In this document: positions 32,263 through 43,783 of the stretch, in pieces | Position numbering within the stretch: the stretch's first letter is position 1 | Layout of the letters: every line of letters begins with the position of its first letter | Source of the DNA: Cyanidioschyzon merolae | Taxonomy: Eukaryota | DNA: 64,000 nucleotides | Assembly: GCA_000091205.1 (NCBI GenBank) | Contig: AP006493.2 | Reading direction: 5' to 3' (one strand) | Program-made: the position numbers and the translations under genes | Notes under the pieces: model-generated | The model's database searches: none | Told to the model about the DNA's origin: nothing | The model's input: only the letters and a program-made list of their open reading frames with translations

Positions 32263-35200
32263 ATGACCTGCAATTGGCAGCTAGCTCACGTACTCTGGCG
32301 TCAAGAGCATCTTCGTTCCATGAAGGTTATCTGCACTGTCGCAAAAAAAGAATTATCTGCCACATTCAAGCGACCTTCGAACGGGTACGAGCTGTCGTTC
32401 GCGCTACCCAGGCCCCGTCCGCCGCAAAAGCACTGCGGGCCCACAGCTCGTCGAACTGCAGCTGCTGCTTCGCGGCGTGAAGTCTCCTGTCCAACTACCC
32501 CGAGCCGATGCCGTTGGAGCGTGCGGACACACAACCTGTCCGCCTGGAACGCCCGAACAGGAACTGACCTCAGCGGGGCGGCGGTGGTGCCTTCGCTGCA
32601 GGCCGCCTCTCAACCAGCATTGGTGTCGGCGCGGTTGGCGCGCTGCGCACCTGCAACTTGCAACGCCGGGCACGGCATAAGCAGCCGCAGAGAACGACGC
32701 CGAGTGAGTGATTTCTTCGGCTACATCCCGTTGGGAAGTTTCGAGGGACCCGGGAGGCTGTTAACAATCTTCGAGAGTGCGGAAGTGAGCTTAGTGAAGG
32801 AGATGCCCCCTCTGCACCGAAAGCAGTCCCGTCGCGTTGTATGTGTTGCGGACACGAGCAGTGATGACAGTTCGTCATCGGCAATGGCTTCAGAAGCCTC
32901 AAAGTTCCCTGGCCCCGATAAGTTTCAAAACGCAGCGCTTACACGCACATCCGAGAATGAGTTGGACGCAAATCAGCCTGGAACTGGCACGCTCGACAGT
33001 GTTGAAGAAACTCCAGTCTACGGAGCGCCAACCACGGACGCTTCGAGCGACGGTTTATCTCCAAGAACGCCTAGGAAACCTTCGGGTACATCTTCATCGT
33101 TGGATCGGGAAGAGGGAGACGCTGGTGGCTCCGAGTTGTTCGGAACCGGACGATTGCGACCAACAGCCTCGGAACAGGTAGCGGAGGTCAAGAGCGATGT
33201 CTCGCCGGCGGACGCGGACAGCAACCACCGGCTCGCATCAACGCTCCAGACCGCTCAGCTTGGTTCAAGCGAAGCGAAGCCGCCCAAGAAACGAGCCCGC
33301 AAAGGAGAGCGCGCCAAACGCACGCTCAGCACCAAGGCGAACGGCGACTCGGATGACGAGGATCGACAGACAGGACTATACGGTGCCCTGGCGGCAGACG
33401 ATTACCTGAAGCTGTTTGAGCCCTGTTGGGAGCCCGGCCAACCCGTCCCATATAGTTTTCTTGCGAATGCGTTTGAAACAATGGCGGGAACAAGCGGACG
33501 CATCGACCTGACCCGCCAACTTGCCTGTGTTCTGTTCCATGTACTGAATCGAACGCCGGTGGATCTATTGCCGACCATTTACCTAGTCATTAACCGGCTA
33601 GCACCAGCGCATGAAGGTCTTGAAATCGGCGTTGGAGACGCTCTGTTGTTGCAAGCGCTTGCCGATGCCACAGGGCGGAGTCTCAGCAAACTCAGAGAAG
33701 ACTATCACCGGACAGGCGACCTGGGAGATGTCGCCGTCCATTCGCGAACGACGCAGCGCACCATGTTCGCCGTGCCTCGCCTGACGATTCGCAATGTCTA
33801 CAATGAGTTGCTGGCCATTGCACGCGCTTCCGGTAAGGCAATGCAGGAAGAAAAACGTCGCCGTATTCAGAAGCTCCTCGTCGCTGCAAAGAATAATGAA
33901 GCGAAGTTTATTGCCAGGGCACTACAAGGAAGATTGCGTATTCGGCTTGCGGAGAAAACCGTTATTCTGGCACTTGCGGCCGCATTTGTACAGAATGCGG
34001 CAGCGAGTCGTGGTACGCACCCGGATGCGGCACGCGTCGAACGGGCTGCGCACCTACTGCGAACATCATCCAATGAATGCCCGTCATGGAATATGATTAC
34101 TGAGGCATTGCTCGAGTTGCAAGATATCGATGAGCGGCTTCTCGAGCGATGTCATTTGACACCAGGCCTCCCAGTGATGCCCATGCTTGCCAAACCCAGT
34201 AGGTCTATAGCGGAAGTCCTCACTCGGTTCGAAGGGATGCGCTTTACCTGCGAATACAAGTATGATGGCGAGCGAGCCCAGATCCACGGCCTCGCAGATG
34301 GATCCATCCGCATATACTCACGGAATGCTGAAGATCATACGCGCAAATATCCGGACGTCATGGAGCAGATACTACAGGCGGTTGGCTCGTCATCCGATCA
34401 GCCTTCTTTTATTCTGGATTCGGAGGTGGTAGCCTTTGATCGAGACGCCCAACGCATTCTACCTTTCCAGTACATTCAGCAGCGCGCGCGCAAACACGTC
34501 TCGCTGGACGACCTCAAAACGAACGTTCTCATCGTGGCGTTCGATATCCTATACTGGAGAGGAGAGCCCCTGACTCGCAAGCCATTGGCAGAACGGCGAG
34601 CGATCCTGCGGGATGCCTTTCAAGAGGTGCCGGGTGGTTTTCGCTTTGCGACGCGACGCGATGTAAGCGACCTGGACGGTATTCAAAAGTTCATGGAGGA
34701 GGCTGTGCGTGATTCGTGTGAGGGCCTCATGGTGAAAGCGCTTGAAGGTCCTCTTTCGACTTATGAACCGGCGAATAGAACACAGCACTGGCTCAAGCTC
34801 AAGAAGGACTACCTCCGGACAATCGGCGATACACTGGATCTGGTTCCGATTGGTGCGTATTACGGTCGCGGCAAGCGAACCGGCTGGTTCGGCTCGTTTT
34901 TGCTCGCCTGCTATAATCCAGAGACGGAACAGTTCGAGGCAGTAACACGAGTCGGCACGGGCTTTTCGGAAGAGCAGATGGCCCAGCTCCACTCGGAGTA
35001 TGCGCAGTACGTGCTGGATAGCCCACGGCCGTATGTGGCCTGCAGCGAGTCCGTGAAACCGGACATTTGGTTGGATCCCCGCCAGGTTTGGGAGGTTCAG
35101 TGCGCTGATTTGAGCATCTCGCCCGCTTACGTGGCAGCCTGTGGGTACATTGCCCCAGACAAGGGCATCTCGGTTCGCTTTCCTCGTCTGCTACGAATCC

Positions 35201-35349
35201 GGAGCGATAAGCGGCCGGAGGATGCTACGACCAGTGCACAGCTCGCTGAAATGTATCGGAATCAGTTCCGGTCTACGGAGAGCTCGTCTGAATCTTCATC
35301 ATCTGCAGCGCCTAGCGATGAAGAGCCAGAAAGAAACGCGGATGACTAG
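32263..35349 (+). CDS. LIG1: ATP-dependent DNA ligase I
   Basis: Adenylation active site CEYKYDGERAQIH. DNA-binding, adenylation and OB domains are colinear. N-terminal PIP-box-like RRRVSDFFGY at nt 32695-32730. Start codon uncertain (32263 or 32320). Confidence 0.9.
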   Translation: MTCNWQLAHVLWRQEHLRSMKVICTVAKKELSATFKRPSNGYELSFALPRPRPPQKHCGPTARRTAAAASRREVSCPTTPSRCRWSVRTHNLSAWNARTGTDLSGAAVVPSLQAASQPALVSARLARCAPATCNAGHGISSRRERRRVSDFFGYIPLGSFEGPGRLLTIFESAEVSLVKEMPPLHRKQSRRVVCVADTSSDDSSSSAMASEASKFPGPDKFQNAALTRTSENELDANQPGTGTLDSVEETPVYGAPTTDASSDGLSPRTPRKPSGTSSSLDREEGDAGGSELFGTGRLRPTASEQVAEVKSDVSPADADSNHRLASTLQTAQLGSSEAKPPKKRARKGERAKRTLSTKANGDSDDEDRQTGLYGALAADDYLKLFEPCWEPGQPVPYSFLANAFETMAGTSGRIDLTRQLACVLFHVLNRTPVDLLPTIYLVINRLAPAHEGLEIGVGDALLLQALADATGRSLSKLREDYHRTGDLGDVAVHSRTTQRTMFAVPRLTIRNVYNELLAIARASGKAMQEEKRRRIQKLLVAAKNNEAKFIARALQGRLRIRLAEKTVILALAAAFVQNAAASRGTHPDAARVERAAHLLRTSSNECPSWNMITEALLELQDIDERLLERCHLTPGLPVMPMLAKPSRSIAEVLTRFEGMRFTCEYKYDGERAQIHGLADGSIRIYSRNAEDHTRKYPDVMEQILQAVGSSSDQPSFILDSEVVAFDRDAQRILPFQYIQQRARKHVSLDDLKTNVLIVAFDILYWRGEPLTRKPLAERRAILRDAFQEVPGGFRFATRRDVSDLDGIQKFMEEAVRDSCEGLMVKALEGPLSTYEPANRTQHWLKLKKDYLRTIGDTLDLVPIGAYYGRGKRTGWFGSFLLACYNPETEQFEAVTRVGTGFSEEQMAQLHSEYAQYVLDSPRPYVACSESVKPDIWLDPRQVWEVQCADLSISPAYVAACGYIAPDKGISVRFPRLLRIRSDKRPEDATTSAQLAEMYRNQFRSTESSSESSSSAAPSDEEPERNADD

Positions 35350-38300
35350 GATTTCGTCTCAAAAAGCGGAACACAAAGGAACCACGCACCCGTGGCATAA
35401 GCTGCGCCCACGCGCTGACGCCCCAACTGCTTGGCACCCACTCGCCACACAAAGTGTTTGACTCGCAAGCCTATTCAAAACTGCGAGCGCTCACAATGCA
35501 GGATCCGTGAATCTCACCGATTGCGCTTGCATCAACCTCAGCGCGCTCGCCGTCGCTTTCCATAACGCGAGCTCCCGAACGGGCGGAAGCGGTCGAAGGT
35601 ATGCCACTCCAGTGGTAGGCTTGGCTTGCAGCCCTGACTACCCAGATGGTTCAGGGCCAGGAATCGGCTGCGGTCTAGCGGTATCAGAATGTGGCATTGG
35701 CGAGTCGTTGCTGACCGAGGACTTGCAGCTTCACGCCGCGATGAGAATGACCTCGGAGCTGTTTGTGGTGTATCCAATATACGACACGTTGACTGAACGG
35801 CACCGTGGCGCGGGTCAACCGGAAACACGAATGGATGCTTTTTGGGACGATGAAGCGTCATCCGAAAGCCGCGTCATCAACGTGTCCTAGAGACCCGTTC
35901 ATTATGATTGGGCCTGTCCGTAGAACGCGTTTACCTGGAGCAAGTCGTTTTGCGCGACCGAAACGGATGCTCTACAAGAATCTACGATGCCATACTTTGA
36001 AAGCTCGTACAGTGAGATCTGCAGTGTCTCTACCACCACAACGTTACTGTTTGTTTTTTCGCAGGTACCTGGCAAAATGTATGTACGCTGCAGACGGGAA
36101 GAGGGTCGCGGAACGCCTTGCTGCGGTCACAGCTAGCTTGGAGGGGAGACCCCACGACCTCTACCTGTCCGTTATATTGCTGTCAAGAGGTGGATGAGTC
36201 ACATTGATGATCACCGTTATCCTGAAAGTCTCGCACCCAAAACAGAGCTTGGTAGACGCTATCCACACGAATCTCCTTTTGCTAATCCATTCGATTCCAT
36301 ACGTTCTATAAGAAATAATACCGAAGAAGCTGCAGGACGTGAAGTTGACTGTTAGTTGATACGAACGGTGATGACGGGATATGCGTGGACAGAAAGAAAC
36401 ACGCTTCCAGTCGAGACCGTTCCGCACTGAACGATACACCATCGATTTCGAACGAAAACGCGAACGCCTGGCACAGCGGGGTCTGGTGTGCTTTCCACTG
36501 AACGACACCTGATTCGGGAGACGCTCTCTACATGAATACGGGTACTCAAGGAGCGGCAGGCTGCTGTTTAAAAACGAGAGACAGGTGAGTATGACGACAG
36601 CTTCGGTATTAGCAGCGAATCAATCATGTGGTCGCCTGTTGATCGTTAACCAGATAGGAGCGTTGCACACCGCATGCTTCATGGAAATTTTCATCGTAAA
36701 TGCTTCTTTCCCGCATTCTTCTATTCTGTTCTTGTTCAGCGCTATATATCATCACTCAAAAACGGTCGACAATTACGCGGCTTTGCGGGGCGTGTAGCAG
36801 CTGCTCGTGCTCGCCTTCTCTCAGCGGTTTATCAAAGTCGAGGGCCTCTTCTCCGTTGTCAAGCGCCATCTGCACGTTCACAAATCCATAGACGAGTCGT
36901 TTGCATCCATACATTGTTCTTCGACAAATCGGTACCTGCTACCGTCAGCATGCTTAAAACGCCGTGTTGCTCTTCGATCCGTACCTGGTAGGGAGCGAGA
37001 AGGCATGTCTCGGTCCGAGTACATGCATAGGATGCAGAGATTGACGAAATGATCGCCAAAGAAAAGTAGATACATTCAGAGAAAGGGCAGGTTCCGGTCT
37101 ATCCATCGATCTTGGGGATCTGAATCCGGCAACCAAATCGGGGATGGAGCCCAGCGACCACATCAATGCCACATCGCCGAGTAAAGGAGAAGCAAATGAA
37201 AGCACCGGGCAAAGAAGAGAAGGATTTTGCTGAATAGAGTACAAGATGGGACAGGAGGGGGAAAGTGTCTCAGCAGCGGGATCGGTAGGGAGCAATTGTA
37301 AAAAAGTGCATTTTCAAACGCTTCCGCGATGAGCATCTTCCATAGAGAATCAAGATTCAGGGCATCATTCGGGATCGTATAGCTTAGTGCTCGATACATG
37401 CTCGCTTGTCCTGCCTCGTTTGGACACATGTCGTCGAGCAACTGCTAGAAGGCGTTCCACGCGCACTACTCTCACGTATACGAATCGATACGGAATTTTT
37501 CAGTCAGGCCTTCGTGTGAAAACACCACCGATGCTCCGAAAAGCAGTTGCAATGAGTCCGGGTCGTAGGGGAAAGGATTTGTACGCGAATCCACGCTTTC
37601 CTGAACATATCAGATAACGCAAAATGTATCTTTGGCGGTCGGAACATTTCCAGCGCAGATACGAAAAACGTATCCAACCAGCCTCAAGAACGTAAAGCGA
37701 ATGCGAATCAATGCCAAGCGTTTGATGACGCGCAGTCTGCGGGCCATCCTTCCCTTGCCTCACATGCTCAGAAAATGGGACGAATGCAAAGCATTCCGGG
37801 GGTCTCGATGGTGACAAATGAGGATTTGGCGCTAGCTGATCAGCTGGACATGGTGGAGAGGGCGGAAGAGCTGTCAGAATGAGAAGGAACGTCGCTTCAG
37901 AGCGTTGAAGCTCATGATGTTGCTGTTGACCTCGGATCGACGACAGGCTGTATTCAAAGTGCGGCTGAAGCTTGATGCTTGGCCTTCCTGCATCTCGCGC
38001 TACTACGTTTCTGAGAACAGCGCCTTGCAGAGCAAAACAGACTACGTGTCCGTATACGAGCGCCCTGACCTCCTCAAGCGTCTATTCAATATTATTCCTA
38101 CGTGGAAAATGAGGGCCCAATATACCACAACAGAGACTTCTTTACTGTATTGCGTGGCCTTCGGTTTGAGTTACGGCTGGTTTCGAGGAGCGAACAACAT
38201 GCATTCGAACAACACCGCGAAGGCTTTTGGTGGAGATCGTTCAATAGTTTTCATTTACGAGGAGGAAATCGAAAGAAATGCGCAAGGACAATGAAGACCA

Positions 38301-39778
38301 ACAAAATATCACTCGGCGTGCTGTTCGCGAATGCCAGGCCTAGTTCGAATAACGAGACCCAGTTTCAACCTCTCGATGTAGATGAGGAGAAAGACTTCTT
38401 GGCGGACGTCGATACCCGGTTGAAAGGAAAAGATAGCCGTCATTGGACCTCTTCATCAAGACGATGGAGCAAATGAGCTGAACGCAGAGCACGTGAAGCC
38501 GTCCAAAATTTCCGCGGGGCTCAGTCTCATCAAGAGTTGGTCACGACGCAGGCCCGGACCGAAAACGGGAACTCGAATGACTGCGTCAGGATCCGTCGCG
38601 ATTCTCTGAGCACACTATCGAGCAGAGCAGGGACGATTTGTTCATTTCATGCTGAGAGGGACATCCATACTCCAAATGGCTCATGCGGGCAATCGTTTTC
38701 AAGAGAAAAAGAGATCACGCTGGGGTCACCAACGGTTTCGATTGCACGAAGGAGGGAGGCGTGCACTCACCAACTTGTTCTATGAGTTGGAAAGGGAAAT
38801 GAACGCAATTCGAGTCGTTCGGCGGAAGCCTATGGCGCTGGACATGCTGTAGCGTACAAATGCTGCACGTTTGCTTCTTCGATGAGAGTGTACAACAAGC
38901 GCAGTTGCCGATTCACCGCGATTCCCATCGATACATCGGGGACCATACACATGTATCCAAAGCACAGATGCACACTGACACCAACAGAGAACAAGAGCGT
39001 GAAACAGAGCCAGATGCTCGACTTGGTCAACGCGAAGTACATTGAACCTCACATCACGAGGCAAGACAGGGTCACAGGCTCGCCATGGACTGATTCCACC
39101 GGCAACCATGCGCCCAAGCAACATGCTCAACGCAACATAAACGTCTCATGCTCTCAGAGCAGCTACCAGCTGCGTGTCGAGGCAGCCTTAGAGCTTCCCT
39201 TTACCTACGCAGTGCGGGCATTGCGCTGAAATGCGGAAGACTTTCGAAAAAGCTCACCAGCTGGGAGTGAAGGAGTCGGATTCCCAGTCGGCGTAAAACA
39301 CTGGTCTGGTACGGTTCAGGAATCCAGCACGCCTGGAGCGCAGTATACACACACACCACGAACGACTGTCTAGGGCAACTGGTGCAGGAGAACAGTGTTC
39401 CATTATTCGCAAGTACAGCGTATACACACGCATATTCGACGGGCCCAGTTGGGTTCTCGCTCGGTCTCTGCCTCAGGGCTGCGCAGAGTATTCCACAGAC
39501 GGCATCACCTGACAGGGATCGATTCGCAAGTGCAGTAGGACGCGCCCTCTAACACTCTGAAAACTCCAAAGATGCTTCCAGACCGAATCGACGAACCGAC
39601 TTCGTCTCCCCGTTGCAAGATGCCACGAGGCAGCTCACCTGGATTTGAATATCTCGCGTTTTTGCGAATGTGCAGAGTTCTATATGCAAGCGTGCCTACA
39701 TTCTCAACTACATGCCTTTGCGCAAGTCTCTAGGTTCATACGTGCTTGCGTGCTCGGGTTCCTTCATTCAGACCAGCG

Positions 39779-41506
39779 TCAATTGGTGCTCTGTGAACTC
39801 GACGCTGACCCTGCCGCCTCCGTAGGTCGCTCCGGTCGAAAAACTCGTGCATGGTACGCGTCTGGCGACGGCAACTGCGCTCCGGTTTCCGCAGCTTTGC
39901 GCACGACCGCAGGATGAGCAATGCCGAGCTGCGCATAAAGATCGCGTCGTCTGATACCGACTTCGCTCTCTCCGAGCTTTTGGTAGCAGGCTCGTCGGAC
40001 AGACTGGATCGCCTCTGGCGATACCATCACGTAGACGGGTACATACAGCGGGACATAAGCGACAGCAGCGCCTTGCGGTGTCCCAGCAGCGACCGGTAGC
40101 TCCATCGCGGCTGCTGCCGCTGCTTCTGCCGCAGCAGCGGAGCGGTTCACGCGCCCGTCCCGATATCGCCAATCGTCGATATTCCACCATAAAGCGAGCA
40201 GCACTGCGATGCACGCGATAAGTACAAATCGACTAAGCACCGCTTCGTAGCCGAACGCATCTACCACGTGACCCACGTAGATGCTCATGAGACTTGTTCC
40301 CAGGTTCTGCAGGGCCTGCGCAATACCGAGCGCCGCTCCCAGGGCCCAGACCGGCGAAATAACCGTCATAGAAGGCCAAACAGAACTGGAAAGACCGCTG
40401 AAAGCCACCCCCATGCAAATCATGCCGTAGACCGGGCGCGGCACCGGTTGCCATGCAGACGTGCGGGTGTGCTCTAGAAGGGCAAAGGATAGCAGATTCA
40501 GCGTGCACGACACAAGAACGAAGATTCCACGCAAACCAACTGCGTCGAATAGACGCCCGAGAAGTGGCGCCAGCACCATGGAAAAATCGTATACGAGCGA
40601 CACCAAGAGGCTGCCTCGCTCGCGTGAAGTGCCGAACGCCTGATGCAGCAAGTCGCTTCCGATTGCGATAAACGAGAATACCAACGCATAGGACACCATG
40701 CTGATCCCAGCGCACAGCCAGAATGAAAGATCAAGGCATCTGGCAACTTGGAGCAAACTCGAGCGTCTGCTCCGGGGCGAGCGTTCCCCAGCAGGAGCCC
40801 GTGTCCGCGTTTTCGTCGGCTGGAGTGCTGCGGCTCCCTCGGCACGCTTGTGCTCTACAGAGAGCTCAATCGAAGCATAGACCAGAGCAGCACATATCGA
40901 GAGCGCACAAATAATGACACCCACTGCGAATGCCGACACAATGCCGGCAACCTGGTCCACAACCGGCAATAACATGAATGAGAGGATACTGCCAATACGT
41001 GAAACAGTCAAGCTCAGTCCGAAAGCAGTAGCGAGTTCATGACCAGCAAACCAACGACTCACGATAATTGACTGGCAAACGCCGAGGGACTCGCCACCCA
41101 TGCCGAAGATGAAACGCCCACTCAGCAGGAGCCAGTAGCGATGTTGCAGAACGCCGATCAGCATGACCACCTGACCGACCAAGACCAGCGTTGCCAAAGC
41201 AAGCGAGGCCCGGCGACTGCCGTACGTGTCGATTACCAGTCCACCGATAAAAACGAGAACGACGTTAGGCCACGAGTAAATTGAGAAGAGAACGTTATAC
41301 TGGAATCCGGTTAACTGGAGCTTTTCTCGCAGCGTAATCACAAGCGCACTAGGTGTGTCGTAGCAGAAGTACGAGCCGAACGTCAACAGACAGGCCGCGG
41401 CGAGTATCAGGGCACGTGTTGAACCCGACGCCTCGATCGCAGCTTGCGCTGAACTAGCGTCTTGTTGGGGTTTCGCGGACTCGATGCTTCCGTAGTCGTC
41501 CTCCAT
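39779..41506 (-). CDS. Major facilitator superfamily (MFS) transporter
   Basis: ~12 predicted transmembrane segments. MFS-like loop FIFGMGGESLGVCQSIIVSRWFAGHELATAFGL. Acidic N-terminus. Confidence 0.75.
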   Translation of the reverse strand: MEDDYGSIESAKPQQDASSAQAAIEASGSTRALILAAACLLTFGSYFCYDTPSALVITLREKLQLTGFQYNVLFSIYSWPNVVLVFIGGLVIDTYGSRRASLALATLVLVGQVVMLIGVLQHRYWLLLSGRFIFGMGGESLGVCQSIIVSRWFAGHELATAFGLSLTVSRIGSILSFMLLPVVDQVAGIVSAFAVGVIICALSICAALVYASIELSVEHKRAEGAAALQPTKTRTRAPAGERSPRSRRSSLLQVARCLDLSFWLCAGISMVSYALVFSFIAIGSDLLHQAFGTSRERGSLLVSLVYDFSMVLAPLLGRLFDAVGLRGIFVLVSCTLNLLSFALLEHTRTSAWQPVPRPVYGMICMGVAFSGLSSSVWPSMTVISPVWALGAALGIAQALQNLGTSLMSIYVGHVVDAFGYEAVLSRFVLIACIAVLLALWWNIDDWRYRDGRVNRSAAAAEAAAAAAMELPVAAGTPQGAAVAYVPLYVPVYVMVSPEAIQSVRRACYQKLGESEVGIRRRDLYAQLGIAHPAVVRKAAETGAQLPSPDAYHARVFRPERPTEAAGSASSSQSTN

Positions 41507-43783
41507 GGGTACGGAGGCGGAAGAGCCTCCGCTTTTGCAACGAGCGACAGCTGAACGCTGTGAAACGTCGCAGTTGTAGCGCTATGAGCTGCTTGCACCA
41601 ACCTCCAGCCTGAAAAATGGAGAAGCCTCAGCAACCAGAACCAGATCAAGCGACTAGTCGATGGAAGACTATGGATATTGCGACACAGACGCCAAGTTCA
41701 TACGGAACGAAGCCGAGCAGCAAGTTGGCGCTGAAACGGTTTGTCGGCGTTTCGTGACGGCCACGTTTCCTCGCCAAGCAGCCGCCTTGATGGATCTACT
41801 GAAACTCCGCGAGGAGCGTGTACGTTATCCTCCTGCGGAATGCGGACTTGACGTTTCCGTTTGGAGATTATAGTATCGCCCACAATTTTCCCCTGTGAAT
41901 ACCAGGGCAATACGTCACGTTGTGGGGTTGGATATCGAGATACCGACCAAAATATCACTGTGTGGATATATAGGCTAGGAGTTCATCTCGCTCGTTCGAA
42001 TTTCATGATGTGGACCGTATTGTTTCCACATGCACACCAGCGTATTTCTTGCAGCTCCTCGGTTTGCATATCAGGGTGCATGGACCTCGTTGTGAGGCCC
42101 CCGCGGACACTACGCCCGTACTGGATTTATGTAGAACATTGGAATGTTGGATGTGTGCCTGCCTTGAGATCTTTTTCTTACTTTTTTTACGTGTACATAC
42201 TTGGTATTCGAAGCACAGCGATATGGACTTTCCCACTTATAGGTAGTTATATGATGCCCGGCCGTCTCCTCGGAGTGACTTCATCGACGCTTTGCTGCTG
42301 AAGCTCGTAACAAGCCCAGGACCCAGATAATGAGCGAAGCTCTCGAGCAGCGCTACGAAAATACCCGATTCCATAATCCAATTCATAACTGCAAGAATCT
42401 GATCTTCTCTGTACCTCATGAGTAGCTTGCCCGAACCATGTATTCATCAACTTTTCGAACTCTGTATTTTAAGGCGACGTGTGAGCGCAGCAATGGGCGT
42501 CGCTGGACTGACGACGAGCATAGCTTGACGTGGTCCCTCGATGGCTGCTTCGCAAGCTCACTCCACAAGTTCACTAATCATCTCACGTTAAGTACTCGAC
42601 ACCACTCGAAAGATAAACCCTAAACCCATTGTGGTCGACGACGAGGCGGCATTCGACGGCAGCATGATACCTGTCCAGGGATACGCTCCAATGGTATCCC
42701 GTCTCTTCTCTTTCCATTGAATCTAGAACGCCATCAGCGCAGTGAATGGAAGCAGATACTGAGTTATTGAATGGAACAGAGTGCGCTCGCGGAGGCACTG
42801 GACAAGGTACTCGCAGATGCGATGTCCCAGAAGAGGCCCATGATCCTGGGGTGCGGCACTAGGCGTAAAAGCCGAAGAGATACCGAATAGATCCATCTGG
42901 ACCCGCGAAGAGCATGTGCCGAGCGGTAAAGGAAGCATTGATGCATCACAGTGCGGTGCTCGGAGAAAGAGGTGTCATGGACATATACGAACAAGTGACC
43001 ACAAAATCCTGTAATCACTGCAAAAAGCGCAACGACGCTATCTTTATACGAAAAACATGGAAAGTGAAGCATTGATACCATTTTCCGCCTGTAACTGAGT
43101 TGCGTCGGCAACAGCCGTAATTGATCTCGTCTGTACTCGGACGGCGCCATCAACATCTTTCAACGGCTGACAAGCGGCCTGAGGGCTACGAGTGCCCCGC
43201 TTAGTCGAATCTGGAGATCACAGAGAGGAAAAGGAAGCAGTCCGACAATCGTCACCATAAAGGCTGGAGTTGATAAGCGTCCAAAGACGCCCAAACGTCG
43301 ACGTGTACATCATGGTGAACCGAGTAGAAAATGTTCCATGGTACTCCGCTAGACGAATCGGTGGAGACAGTTCAGCCGCGGCACCAATACCCCCGATAAT
43401 CGCTTCTTCAACAAAACGTCCAAAACTGCCCCTTCCGGGCGGACGCAATCGCTTTGCAACCCAAGTTCGAGGCGCGAGCCAAGCCATTGCGTTGGCGTGT
43501 GAAGCAGCACCGCATTCTGTTCACCCCGGACAACTATTTTTCTGTCGGCTGGTACGGCTTGACCTCGACCGACTTGCACAGTCCGATCGGGTTCTGTGGG
43601 TTTACTGCTCTACTACCTGACTCTGCGAAGTTGTGCAGAACTGAGAGGAACTGTTGAAGCCACGACGAGCTCGAGGCCCCGCTCGTCACACAGGCGAGCA
43701 TCGCCTTGTGCTTTTTCGTGTAAGATAACTTCACACGGTGTTCCATACTTGTTTGCGTCGAATACGCTCCCAGAAAATATTGC

